From NCBI RefSeq assembly GCF_001194135.2, contig NC_068981.1, forward strand, positions 2,513,145 through 2,577,125: 63,981 nt of DNA, read 5' to 3'. The notes under the pieces were generated by a model that was given only the letters and a program-made list of their open reading frames with translations, was not told the origin of the DNA and did not search any database. This stretch comes from Octopus bimaculoides. Its lineage: Eukaryota. This document shows, one piece after another, positions 1-11,325 of the stretch (position 1 is the stretch's first letter; each line of letters opens with the position of its first letter). The translations under genes and the position numbers were made by a program.

Positions 1-280
1 GGGTCGACATACGGCAGGCTCTCTTCCTCCCATTCATTCTCTTTATTAAGCAATCTATCATAGTGGCATCTCCAGACCTCTTTCTTTGCATCCTCATTTA
101 GTGCAAGCATACCATCATCCATGCGAACACATTTCTCTCCTACAACATCACTATTCTCTCTCCTACACTGTCTTGCAACACAAAATACCTCGAGTCTTTG
201 GTCCTCACGGCGCAGAACATTGGCAAATCTTTTCTTATCTGCTTCCCCTCTGGCTAAATAAACCTGTCACCTAGCCTCCC
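1..280 (-). mobile_element. RTE/RTE-X-like LINE fragment (endonuclease-RT linker)
   Basis: Minus strand translates DKKRFANVLRREDQRLEVFCVARQCRRENSDVVGEKCVRMDDGMLALNEDAKKEVWRCHYDRLLNKENEW, resembling the RTE linker ending in W..HY..LLN. Confidence 0.75.
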
Positions 281-452
281 TTTTGAAAATAAATTATCAT
301 CTTATTTGTATCTCACAATACATTTCAACACTTCTAAAACAAACATTAGTTTGTTCACATTTATTGTAATTTGAATATTCTAGATTTCTTGAAGTGAAAA
401 CGAGGATGTAAGTAAAAGTCAAAACATGAAAATGAAGAGACTCCAATAGTCA

Positions 453-541
453 TATACATGAATGTGCACCATTGTCACTCTACTCAGTCTAGCTATCCCT
501 ATACATGAATGTGCACCATTGTCACTCTACTCAGTCTAGCC
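453..541. repeat. Two-copy direct repeat, 40-bp shared core
   Basis: atacatgaatgtgcaccattgtcactctactcagtctagc occurs twice in close succession. Confidence 0.9.
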
Positions 542-2326
542 ACCCCTATGTACCTCTCATCTCCATTTCTGTCCCACAGCTCTCTCTCTCTCTCTCTCCC
601 TTCATTTTTACACCTTGCATATCATCTCCCTTACTTTCTGATCTATCCTCCATTCTCAGTTGCTTTTATCTCTCCCACCCCACCTACTCATCACACTGAT
701 ATTTCTCATCAGCCACACCACCACCCTTCATCCTCTCTCACTTCATTCACATCTACCCACCCTCCCAACCATCCCTAACCCTAACCCTAACCATAACCCT
801 CTCTTATTCTCCTCTCAGACTCCTATGAAACTACCCTCTCTCTCTCCTTCCGCCCCCATCCATTGACCATATCTTCTCTTATGCTCACCTTCCCGTGCCT
901 TGAGAGTTCACTCTGGTATCTCATCATACCCTCTTTCTCTTCTTTCCAGCTGCTCCCACCCTTATATAAAGAAGGGTGCCCGTGTAGCTCTTGTATAGCA
1001 AGACACCTGTGCCTGTCCTCTATTATACTTTAGCCTCTCATCACCGAGCATAAAGCCACTTCCATGTCCTATACACATCCCCAATCAGACAAGGGGGCTT
1101 TTCCCTTTCCCTTCCTTAACTTCCAAGTGATTCGGTGACCCCACTAATGCTGGTGCCATCATAAAAGCACCCAGCAGACACCTTGTAAAGTGGTTGGCAT
1201 TAGGAAATGAATCCAACTGTAGAAAACATGCCAAAGCTGACACTGGATCCTAATCCAGTCCTGCATCTAATCAGATCCTGTTAAACTGTTGAACTCATGC
1301 CAATATGGGAAACAGACACTCAATCAGTGGTTCCCACCTGGGGTCCATTTGACACTCAAGGGTTCCTATAAGGTTTTGCTGTTAAAATTTATGTGCAATA
1401 AATTGAGTGGTACATTCTCGTTCTTATTATCTTACAATGGCTTCCACACAACCTTTCTGTGTACGAAGTAAGTTATGAGATTTTTTACCTTTCTCACATA
1501 CACATGTATTTGGTTTGCATACGCATGCCGATTAATCATTGTTACTTCTTGCCAACGCTTGTTTTATTTAAATAAAGTTTATAATGTTTCATTGTAAATG
1601 AACTGCCTCCTGGACATTCTTTATTCATGTTTATTTAAAAAGGGCATTGAAACGGATTCTCTCACGAACACTCTTCATACTTTAAAATCACAGAACACTC
1701 ACTCGAAATCAGTAACTACACACACCGTGTTACGAGTGAACCCACATTACATTGGTGACATTCACTATTACTTTAGTAACATGCTATACTTCTACAATAC
1801 ACAAAAAATATTCTAACAGTTTTCCTTTTATACAATTCTTAATAATATTAAATTATAAAAATATGTGATTTCTTTAAAACACAGATTGGCTATGAGGGTC
1901 CATCTGAGTGGAACCACTGCATTAAATATTGGTAATGGTTTAATTAGGATGAAGTGTGGGTGATTAAGAAGTTCAATCTCACAGTGTGGAACTTGGATAA
2001 ATGTCTTCTACCACAACTTCGGTAATATAATATAAAGAAAGAATGTCTGTATTGAACACCACATCTATTAAGATGTAAAATGTATGTCAACTTTTGCCCA
2101 GAAGAGATTTTTACCATCTAAATTTATAATGTAATTTTTAATTGTAAAATATTAATTGTAAAATATGAATGAAGGTAGATATTGAAACACACGTAGTCGT
2201 TATCAAATTGACTATTATTATGCAAATAAATTTGATTTTGTTGTGCTGAAACCCTCCATTTTCTTAGTATTATATTACTAAATTCTCTTCTCATATACTT
2301 AATAGATGAAAACATCTATAAATTAA

Positions 2327-2370
2327 TCAATATAGAGATAAACCAGTGGATGCTTGGATGTAAGATGTAC
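2327..2370 (-). CDS. Gene A putative last coding exon (G)TSYIQASTGLSLY*
   Basis: Acceptor gctctttctag|GT. A phase-1 start matches the upstream exon. TGA at 2329-2327 is followed by an AT-rich stretch with minus-strand AATAAA near 1565 and 1620. Confidence 0.6.
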
Positions 2371-2720
2371 CTAGAAAGAGCAATTTCTTTTTATACAAAA
2401 CTGTATATCTATTATATATATGCGTACTTCAGTGTGTATGTGTTTGTGTGCTCTTGCCTTGGTATTGTGCAATATGTGTAAACAAGTGCCACCATGATAC
2501 AGGCAGTATTATTCATTTCCAATCTTCCCAGAGAAACATGTCTAGCCACGGGAAAATATCACATTTCTTGGAAGCAGTTGAAGTTTGGAAACAGGAAGGG
2601 AATCATTAGAAAATCTGCCTCAATGGCACTTTTACAAGTTGATGTTAGAAGCATAAGGTTCAAAGGGTCTCAGAAATAATTATGACAGAAGGCTTTCAGT
2701 TGAATATAACTATCTTTTAC

Positions 2721-3135
2721 CTCTTACTTGTTTCAGTCATTAGACTGTGGCCATGCTGGAGCACTGCCTTAAGGAATTTCTAATTGGCTGAATTGACCCA
2801 CTACTTCTTTCTTTTTTTTTTTAAAACATGGTGCTTATTCTATCAGTCTCTTTTGCCAAACTGCTAAGTTACAAGGATGTTAACACACCAGCACCAGTTA
2901 TCAAGCAGTGATAGGGGACAAACACAAATACACAGGCATACACACACACACACATGCACACACATACAAACATAAGTGACAAAGCCTCTTTTAGCATCTA
3001 TCTACCAAATCCACTCACAAAGCTTTAGTCAGCCTGAGGCTATAGCAAAAGACACCTGCCCAAAGTACCACACAGTGGGACTGAACCTGGAACCATGTGG
3101 TTGAGAATCAAGCTTCTTGCCACACACCCGCACCA
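2721..3135 (-). mobile_element. tRNA-derived SINE, family 1
   Basis: Head with B-box-like ggttcagtccc and body ending cagcatggccacagtc..tgactgaaacaagtaa. Other copies near 5218-5600, 37290-37555, 45150-45555, 47765-48215, 48600-48850, 56240-56600, 58668-59025 and 61030-61410. Confidence 0.85.
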
Positions 3136-3263
3136 GTGTTTATGAACACATCAGAATGAGATGCTTTGATTCACAGAACCGAAGGTGGCCTAAGTTTGTT
3201 TAGTACTGGAGAGGCTGACACAAGCCTTTATCAAAATTTAATCGTTAAATATTAAAAGATTAC

Positions 3264-3356
3264 CATAATATGGTGGAATCATGTTATTTGAGCCAGTTGC
3301 TGGTGCTTGTGGTCCAAAAGGAACTGATGGCTGCATCACTGGTGGAGAATACGGTC
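3264..3356 (-). CDS. Gene A internal exon (G)PYSPPVMQPSVPFGPQAPATGSNNMIPPYY
   Basis: ttctaatttctacag|GA...TATG|gtaat; 93 nt, phase 1-1, open, Pro/Tyr-rich. Confidence 0.85.
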
Positions 3357-4315
3357 CTGTAGAAATTAGAAGAATTATTTTGGTAAGTTGTCACTTTTCT
3401 TACTGATGGAAGACAAAAACTGTTTCAATTCATCATCATCATCATTTAACGTCCATTGTCCATGCTGGCATGGGTTGGACGGCTTGACTGGGCTGGCATT
3501 GGCTGCGACAATGATTTCACTTGCCTCAACATGTCTTCTCAAGCACAGCATATTGCCTGAAGGGTACTTTTAAATGGGCCAGTTATGCAGCACTGGCATT
3601 GGCCACGATATAATTTAGGGCTAAGAAGTGGAGAGGATCACAGGAGCATGAGGTGGAGAAGTGGTTCATAGGGCCCCTACAAACCACTCCTCTGCCTCCT
3701 GTCCATATGATCCTCTCCCCATCCTCTTGCTCCTATCCTCCCCCTCCTCCCCCTCCAACTCCTATGATCTTCTCCTCCCCCACTGTCCCTTTGATCCTCT
3801 CTTCTCCCTCTTACTCCTATGATCATCTCTTCCTCCTCCTATAATCGTCTCCCTCTCTCATGCTAATATGATCTTCCTCTCCTCCTCCTACAATACTCTC
3901 CCCCTCTCCTCCCCTTCATGCTACTATGATCCTCCTCTCCCCCTCCTGCTCCTATATTCCTCTTCTCCCCCACTCACCCTATGATCCTTTCCTTCTCCCT
4001 CTGCCCCTATGTTCCTCTTCTCCCCCACTCTCCCTATCATCCTCTCCTTTTCCTCCTGCATCTATGATCCTCTCCACTCCCTCCTCCCACTTCCTTTTCA
4101 CTGCTCTTGTTGCATTCATCCCCTGGTCCTCCCGCCCCCATCTTTCTTTTCCTGTACTGAGCCTCTTTCTACAGTTTTCTCCTCCACTCTCATGACACCT
4201 CTCCTCTCTCTTTCTCATCCTCTTCCCACAACTCAGATTCCTCTTCACTCTCACATCTCTCACTGTATCTGCCCTACTCAACTCGATCCAGTCATCCTTA
4301 ACCTTCCCTCTCTCA

Positions 4316-4349
<34 letters not shown>

Positions 4350-4851
4350 AACCATGACACTTCTTCCTCTTCCTAATATGATCCTTGTCTCTTCTGCTAC
4401 TCTCTCCACCACCACCACCATGGAATAATTATGATTGAAAATCTTATATTGGTTATGAATGCTTTAAGATGAAATCTTTTGCATCATAAAACCCAAGGTG
4501 GTCTTAGGCAGTTTACTATGAAAAAACTTAAGTACAAGTCTTTATCTAGAATTATGAAAAAACCTTTAAGGATTCAAACTGGTCATATCCAGCCAAAATA
4601 TTCCACCTGTTTTATGTTCAAACTGGCCAGATCTGGCTGCTCACACCTACCCTACAATGTCATTCTAAACAATCACATCATTGAATAAACAATCACACCA
4701 CCATCATCGTTCAATGCCTATTTTCCAGTGCATAACTGGTACTTATTTAATCGACCCCGAAAGGATGAAAGGCAAAGTTGACTTCGGCGGAATTTGAAAT
4801 AAGCTTTATATTAGAGAGAGTAATGTGATAGCAAAATGGTTAAAATATTAC

Positions 4852-4971
4852 CTGGATTGTAATACGGTGGAAACACATTATTTTGGTAGGTAGCAGGTGT
4901 TGGCATTGAAGGAACCGGCGGATACATCGTTGGTGGAAATGCTTGTGGAAACGTTGATGGAGAATATGGTC
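4852..4971 (-). CDS. Gene A internal exon (G)PYSPSTFPQAFPPTMYPPVPSMPTPATYQNNVFPPYYNP
   Basis: ttctaatttccacag|GA...CCAG|gtaat; 120 nt, phase 1-1, homologous to the 3264-3356 exon. Confidence 0.88.
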
Positions 4972-5217
4972 CTGTGGAAATTAGAAGATTTATTATTGGT
5001 AAATCTAACGATTCTAAGGAAGAGCTTCAAGGGAACACAGCAGGGAAATGAAGAATCATTTCTGTGATGTGAAATTTAAGTAGAATTGTAACCAAAATGA
5101 GAAGATCTTTCAAATACTGACATGTTAATAGCCATTGATAAAATGGTCAAATCTGAAATAACCCAGATGTGACCACCCAATTGAACCCTCGCAGCACAGA
5201 TTGAATTTTTATTGGTG

Positions 5218-5600
5218 ATGGCTGTGTAGGCACAGGTATGGCTGTGTGGTAAAGGGTTCACTTCACAACCACATGGATTTGGGTTCAGTCCCACTACATA
5301 GCAACTTGAAAATGTACCTTCTGCTAGAGCCATGGGCTAACCAAAGCCTTGTGAATGGATTTGGTAGACGGAAACTGAAAGAAGCCCATCATGTGTGTGC
5401 GTGTGCGCCTTTGTGTTTGGGTTTGTCCCTCACCACTGAAGCATTGGTGGTGTGTTTACATCCCCATATCTTAACAGTTCAGACAAAGAGACCAATAGAA
5501 TAAGCATGAGGCTTAAATCGATTTATTCAACTGAAAATTCTTCAAGGTGGTGCTCCAGCATGGCCACAGTCTAATGATGGAAACAAAAGATGAAAGGTAA
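5218..5600 (+). mobile_element. tRNA-derived SINE, family 1
   Basis: A-box-like tggctgtgtgg, B-box-like ggttcagtccc, and the same body as other family-1 copies. Confidence 0.85.
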
Positions 5601-6039
5601 AAGATTTAACACACAAATCATATGCAAATCAGTTCTCACAACCTCTTTCTATTGGCCAGTGAAAATAAAATATGCATAGGCACAGCATGGCCGTGTGGTA
5701 AAAAGATTGCTTCCCAACCACATGGCTCCGGATTCAGTCCCACCGCAGTGGGACTGAACCCAGATCCATGTGGTTGTGAAGCGAACCTTTTACCACACAG
5801 CCATACCTGTGCCTACACAGCCATATTCTTTATATTGTATCGAAATTTCATGCATTCATTTGTAAAATTAAGGAAATTATTAAAAATTGAAACCCATCAG
5901 TGACTTTTGGGACACCCTGTAAATATATTCACCTCTTATACCTCCTGACTTCAGCTCTATATTTCTGTCTGATAATGTCGCCTATACAGCTAAGAACTTT
6001 ATAGGTACAAAATCAATGGTCACTCTCTGACCAGCCATA

Positions 6040-6830
6040 ACAAAAAGACCTAAATTTATACATACATGATGGCCGTCCACTTGTGACCGAGGAAGACCAT
6101 TGCCGACCTTCGGGAACATTATGCGCTCTAGGACTAACTTATATTTTGCCTTTGCGGCTCCGTTGGTGGCTAATGAGCCCTGCTCTTGACAAGCATACAC
6201 GACTGCAAACATTGCAGACCAAGCTTTCCCCATTCACTACACGAGCTGTGTGCTTTCGCGCAGCTCGTGTAAGTTCTTCATGCTGGATATGTGCTCAAAT
6301 ATATATAGGGGGGAAAAAAAAAAAACGCACATATCGAGTAGAGGTCAGCAATGCCTATGCAGAGTTTTAGGTCCAATAAGGCTCGCTCAACACCTCATAG
6401 ACCCTCTCCACTTTATTGACATTATCCAGAGACAAGCCGGAGCAAGATGTCTGGTGCCAATATGAATCACAGGCTCAAGGATGTGGGAGCGCCATGATCT
6501 CTAGCACAAACCAAAGATCCCCCAAAATGTCCAATACCATTCCCTGCATATCTGGTTTTATATCAGAGTGACCTTCTCCTAGAGACATGCTTCAACAAAA
6601 GCTGAGGGGCGCCTCACTCCCACTGGTCTTTCAGCACGCCGGACACCATCCCAGAATTTCTGTGTACCCGTGCTATTGCTAGATAGCCGTTGAGCCTGCA
6701 CTTGGTCCATCCGAGCTTTCAACAGGTCTTGTTTTTAATCCTGCTGGGTTTCTAGCAACCCTCCTCACCAGGGTAGCCTGGTGGGGGTGCCAGTTCAGTC
6801 GCCAGCAACCCGACCAATGCATACATACAT
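6040..6830 (-). mobile_element. Non-autonomous RTE-BovB-like element (5' UTR-like part plus C-terminal zinc-finger end, no RT)
   Basis: The 3' end encodes ARKHTARVVNG..LVCNVCSRVCLSRAGLISHQRS and is near-identical to 44345-44560, followed by a (TATG)n tail. The 5' part is GC-richer and non-coding. Confidence 0.65.
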
Positions 6831-7328
6831 TCTTAGAGAAGAATAGCACTAGAAGAGGGAATCCTCCAAATCTTGATTGAACATTATGAGCCTGATAACA
6901 AAGAGATAATTCCTTTCTGTTCACTCCTGATTGAGACATTTAATGTATGAATATATTGATTTTGAGTTCTATCATGTAATAAGTTCTGTCAGATTTTATC
7001 ATCAAGAGAACTGATGCTGTATTACTTGCTCTGATGCAGTAAAACAGCAACGAGGTAGTTACCCTAATTCCAGCGAAGCCGAACAAGAGCAATTTTATCA
7101 GCAACAACGAGACTTTTGGTCACTTTTAAGTTTTTCCTATTTGTGATAGTAACTTGGTATTCAACACTTTGCTCTCCACTTTGGAAAAAGATCAAACAGT
7201 TCCATTTTATTTCAACTGTCGCAAAGCAAGAATAAGGGAAATAACTCTTGAAGACTTTTCCAAGTTGAACCAGTATGTTCCCTTCGTGAAAAAACATTGC
7301 TGTTCCATTCGGTTTCATCCAACCATGC

Positions 7329-7329
<1 letters not shown>

Positions 7330-7384
<55 letters not shown>
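7330..7384. repeat. (AAT)n microsatellite (SINE tail)
   Basis: Direct reading; more (AAT)n runs at 7542-7575 and 7703-7745. Confidence 0.95.
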
Positions 7385-7540
7385 CCTTTCTGCTAAAGGC
7401 ACAAGGCCTGAAATTTGGGGGAGGGGGATGAGTCGATTACATCGACCCCAGTTCTCAACTGGTACTTATTTCATTGACCCCGAAAGAATGAAAGGCGAAG
7501 TCAACCTCAACAGAATTTGAACTCAGAACGTAAAGATGGA
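7385..7540 (-). mobile_element. SINE family 2 with (ATT)n tail and a central gcctttcatcctttcggggtcgataaa..aagtacc domain
   Basis: Same sequence at 4730-4800, 7575-7700, 18440-18600, 41200-41390, 49980-50170, 50260-50355 and 50478-50680 (+, with tRNA-like head). The central domain resembles Meta/MESC SINE domains from memory. Confidence 0.75.
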
Positions 7541-7541
7541 C

Positions 7542-7576
<35 letters not shown>

Positions 7577-7701
7577 CCTTTCTGTTATAGGCACAAAGCT
7601 TGAAATTTTTGGGGAGGGGACTAGTCGATTGCATTGACCCCAGGTTTTCACTGGTACTTGATTTATTGACACAGAATTTGAATTCAGAACGTAAAGACGG
7701 A

Positions 7702-7733
<32 letters not shown>

Positions 7734-7794
7734 TAATAATGATAATCGTTTCTACCATAGGCACGAGGCCTTGATTGCAAACTTTAGGCAAGGT

Positions 7795-8200
7795 GACCAA
7801 ATATTATTGTACTGGACAAGGGGGTAAAAAAGTGCATTATCAAAGATGTGGTTATATTTGTGGACATTAATGTAGGGGTCAAAGAAGAGGAGAAAATAGG
7901 AAATTACCAGGATCTGGTTAGAGAAATATGACAACTGAGGAGGGTTTCTACAAAAGTAACCTAAGATGTTATGGGTACCTTAGGGACCATCACCAAAGAC
8001 GGTTTTCTTATCGTGATTGGTGTAACTACAATAAAGGCATTAATTCTGAAATGTACTCTATTGGGAAAAGCAAGGACTGTAAGAAAGATCCTCGATCTCT
8101 AAGGAAATTGGTTGTGATCCAGTATCAAGGACATTGATTCTGAATGTAAAACATTTGTGCACACCATGAATAATAACAATAATAATGATGATGATGATGA
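7795..8200 (+). mobile_element. R4/Dong-clade non-LTR retrotransposon 3' fragment (restriction-like endonuclease)
   Basis: Degenerate PNIIVLDKG*KKCIIKDVVIFVDINVGVKEEEKIGNYQDLVREI...TLLGKARTVRKILDL*, then an (AAT/GAT)n tail. Confidence 0.75.
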
Positions 8201-8389
8201 ACTCAACCATGCTCAGGTGCATTAAAAGCTTGTTGGAAAAAGTTAAAAGTGAGGTGAAAAAGCAGACATAGAAGTCAAATAGAGAAAGACAGCAATGAAA
8301 GCTAAAAGTACATACACAGCACACAGCATAAGAGAATGTGAAATGTTTGGTTCAAATACATTTTAAGTTCTTCAAATAGTCATCATCAT

Positions 8390-8960
8390 CATCATCATTA
8401 TCATTGTTGTCGTTTGATGTCCATTTTCCCATGCTGGCATGGGTTGGACGGTTTGACTGAGGACTGGCAAACTGGGAGGCTGCACAGGTTCCAGTTTGAT
8501 TTAGTAAGGTTTCTACAGCTGGACATCCTTCCTAATGCCAACCACTCCAAGAGTGTTGTGGGTATTCTTACATGCCACTGGCACGGGAGCCAGTCGACTA
8601 CACTCGAATGCCACTGGCATTGACCACACTCGAATGGTGCATTTTATGTGCCACTGGCATGGGTGCTAGTCAGGTGGCACTGGCATCGGCCATGCTTGAA
8701 TGGTGCTTTTAACGTGCCACCAGCACAGGTTCCCATCAGACGGCACTAGCATCGGCCATGCTTGACTGGTGCTTTTCATGTGCCACCAGCACAGGTGCCC
8801 ATCAGGTGGCACTAGCATCGGCCATGCTTGACTGGTGCTTTTTATGTGCCATCAGCACAGGTGCCCATCAGGTAGCACTAGCATCAGCCAAGCTTGACTG
8901 GTGCTTTTTATGTGCCACCAACACAGGTGTCCATCAGGTGGCACTGGCATCGGCCACAGC
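8390..8960 (-). mobile_element. RTE-type LINE 3' UTR element with internal tandem array and (GAT)n tail
   Basis: Contains gtggttggcattaggaagg..catccagctgtagaaac. About 20 copies occur in the window (for example 11770-12070, 13140-13370, 31835-32035, 39035-39285, 47230-47690, 58120-58480, 62825-63500), and it follows RTE ORF ends at 19401 and 54834. Confidence 0.8.
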
Positions 8961-9076
8961 TGGCAAAATTTGTAGCATATTAGTGAGTGGGAGTATGGTA
9001 GAATAGCAGTTTATCCAGTTAATTAAAAACAAGTCTTTGTCTAAAACATTGAAATAACAAGCTTTCAAAACATTAC

Positions 9077-9492
9077 CTGGATCATAAAATGGTGGCACTG
9101 AATCTCTGTAAGGAGTAGATGGTGTCTGGAAAGGAAATGACGGAGCATTAACTGGTGGATAGTTTACTGGCGGAGAGCTGCCTGGTGGAAAGTCTATTGG
9201 TGGAAAGTTTCCTGGTGGAGAGTTTACTGGTGGAAAGTTCCTTGGTGGAAAGTTCCCTGGTGGAAAGTTTACTGGTGGAAAGTTTCCTGGTGGAGAGATT
9301 CCTGGTGGAAAGTCTACTGGTGGAAAGTTTCCTGGTGGAGAGTTTCCTGGTGGAAAGTTTACTGGTGGAAAGTTTACTGGTGGAAAGTTCCCTGGTGGAA
9401 AGTTTCCTGGTGGAAAGTTTCCTGGTGGAGAGTTTCCTGGTGGAAAGTTTACTGGTGGAAAGTTTACTGGTGGAAAGTTTCCTGGTGGAGAG
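9077..9492 (-). CDS. Gene A large exon, 3' part: (PPGNF/PPVNF)n then NAPSFPFQTPSTPYRDSVPPFYDP; 5' part hidden in the gap
   Basis: About 23 open 15-bp units, then unique Pro-rich sequence ending CCAG|gtaatg (phase 1), homologous to the end of exon 4852-4971. Confidence 0.85.
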
Positions 9493-10286
9493 NNNNNNNN
9501 NNNNNNNNNNNNNNNNNNNNNNNNNNNNNNNNNNNNNNNNNNNNNNNNNNNNNNNNNNNNNNNNNNNNNNNNNNNNNNNNNNNNNNNNNNNNNNNNNNNN
9601 NNNNNNNNNNNNNNNNNNNNNNNNNNNNNNNNNNNNNNNNNNNNNNNNNNNNNNNNNNNNNNNNNNNNNNNNNNNNNNNNNNNNNNNNNNNNNNNNNNNN
9701 NNNNNNNNNNNNNNNNNNNNNNNNNNNNNNNNNNNNNNNNNNNNNNNNNNNNNNNNNNNNNNNNNNNNNNNNNNNNNNNNNNNNNNNNNNNNNNNNNNNN
9801 NNNNNNNNNNNNNNNNNNNNNNNNNNNNNNNNNNNNNNNNNNNNNNNNNNNNNNNNNNNNNNNNNNNNNNNNNNNNNNNNNNNNNNNNNNNNNNNNNNNN
9901 NNNNNNNNNNNNNNNNNNNNNNNNNNNNNNNNNNNNNNNNNNNNNNNNNNNNNNNNNNNNNNNNNNNNNNNNNNNNNNNNNNNNNNNNNNNNNNNNNNNN
10001 NNNNNNNNNNNNNNNNNNNNNNNNNNNNNNNNNNNNNNNNNNNNNNNNNNNNNNNNNNNNNNNNNNNNNNNNNNNNNNNNNNNNNNNNNNNNNNNNNNNN
10101 NNNNNNNNNNNNNNNNNNNNNNNNNNNNNNNNNNNNNNNNNNNNNNNNNNNNNNNNNNNNNNNNNNNNNNNNNNNNNNNNNNNNNNNNNNNNNNNNNNNN
10201 NNNNNNNNNNNNNNNNNNNNNNNNNNNNNNNNNNNNNNNNNNNNNNNNNNNNNNNNNNNNNNNNNNNNNNNNNNNNNNNNNNNNNN
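9493..10286. other. Assembly gap; other gaps at 19439-19654, 23499-23508, 25182-26039, 29568-30021, 36141-36150, 38895-39034, 48021-48030, 58639-58667
   Basis: Runs of N. Confidence 1.
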
Positions 10287-10354
<68 letters not shown>

Positions 10355-10444
10355 AGGAGCTTGCTTTCAAAACCAGTATAAGTGCATATTTGGTTGATTT
10401 TATGATAACCACTAAAGCACCATCTTTATTAGAATAGTCAATAA

Positions 10445-11325
10445 CCACATCAAAACAGGCATCTTCTATAAACCCACAGATTCAAAACAATTCCTATTAT
10501 TCAACTCATGCCACCCCAAACACATAAAAATTAATAAACCTTATAATCTAGCGAAAAGAATCTGTACCATAGTTTCGGACACCTATACACATGAACGAAG
10601 ACTCCTTGAACTCAGATCAATACTAATCAAGAGACATTACTCAACATCATTAATAAATGATGGGATTAAATGAGCTAAGGAAATAGACATACAAACATTA
10701 AGGGAAGTCAACTGAAATACTAAACTAGCCTTTAAAATACTCCCATACATCTCCACACAACCCTAGAAACAACGAAGCCTTTAACGTTATCATCCAAAAT
10801 CTACCCATCCTCACAAGAGATAAAACAATGAACAAAATTTTAGGCTCACACAAAATTATCAAGAGCAAAATGCAACCGAAACCATTGGAAAAATATTAAC
10901 CAACGCAAGACTTTATCCATTAACAACAGAACCAAAAGTGAAAAAATGTGGTCGGCCTAACTGTGGCACATGCCCCCACTTTTTGGAGGGTACAGAGTTC
11001 CACTTTAAACACGGTGAAACATTTAAGATTAAATCAAATTTCACCTGTACCTCAGAAAACCTAATTTATGCCATTACCTGCTTAGGGCGCGGTAATTAAT
11101 ATATTGGCCAAACAGGAATATCACTCTGTCGAAGAACCACTCTTCACAAACAACAAATCTGCCGCCAAATACAGACAGATATAGATCAGTAAACACATAG
11201 AAAGGTGTGCTAGGAACCTTAATCCTAATTTCATAATTTTCTCCTTCTATCAATGTTCACAGAACACCTCAGTACAATTTTCATTAATAAATATCATCCA
11301 CAACTTAAAATGAACACAACATAAT
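10445..11325 (+). mobile_element. Penelope-like element (Neptune-type) 3' fragment: RT thumb, Cys-rich linker, GIY-YIG endonuclease; disrupted
   Basis: KTGIFYKPTDSKQFLLFNSCHPKHIKINKPYNLAKRICTIVSD; KKCGRPNCGTCPHF; FTCTSENLIYAITCLGRGN*YIGQTG. Confidence 0.88.

Noticed and set aside
770-800. (CCCTAA)3-4 telomere-like run, also near 27250
   Set aside because: Too short, and embedded in CT-rich low-complexity repeat; no evidence of a telomere fusion.
9155-10381. Plus-strand ORF (VESLL/VESFL)n
   Set aside because: It is the antisense shadow of the PPGNF exon; splice signals and paralogous exon ends support the minus strand.
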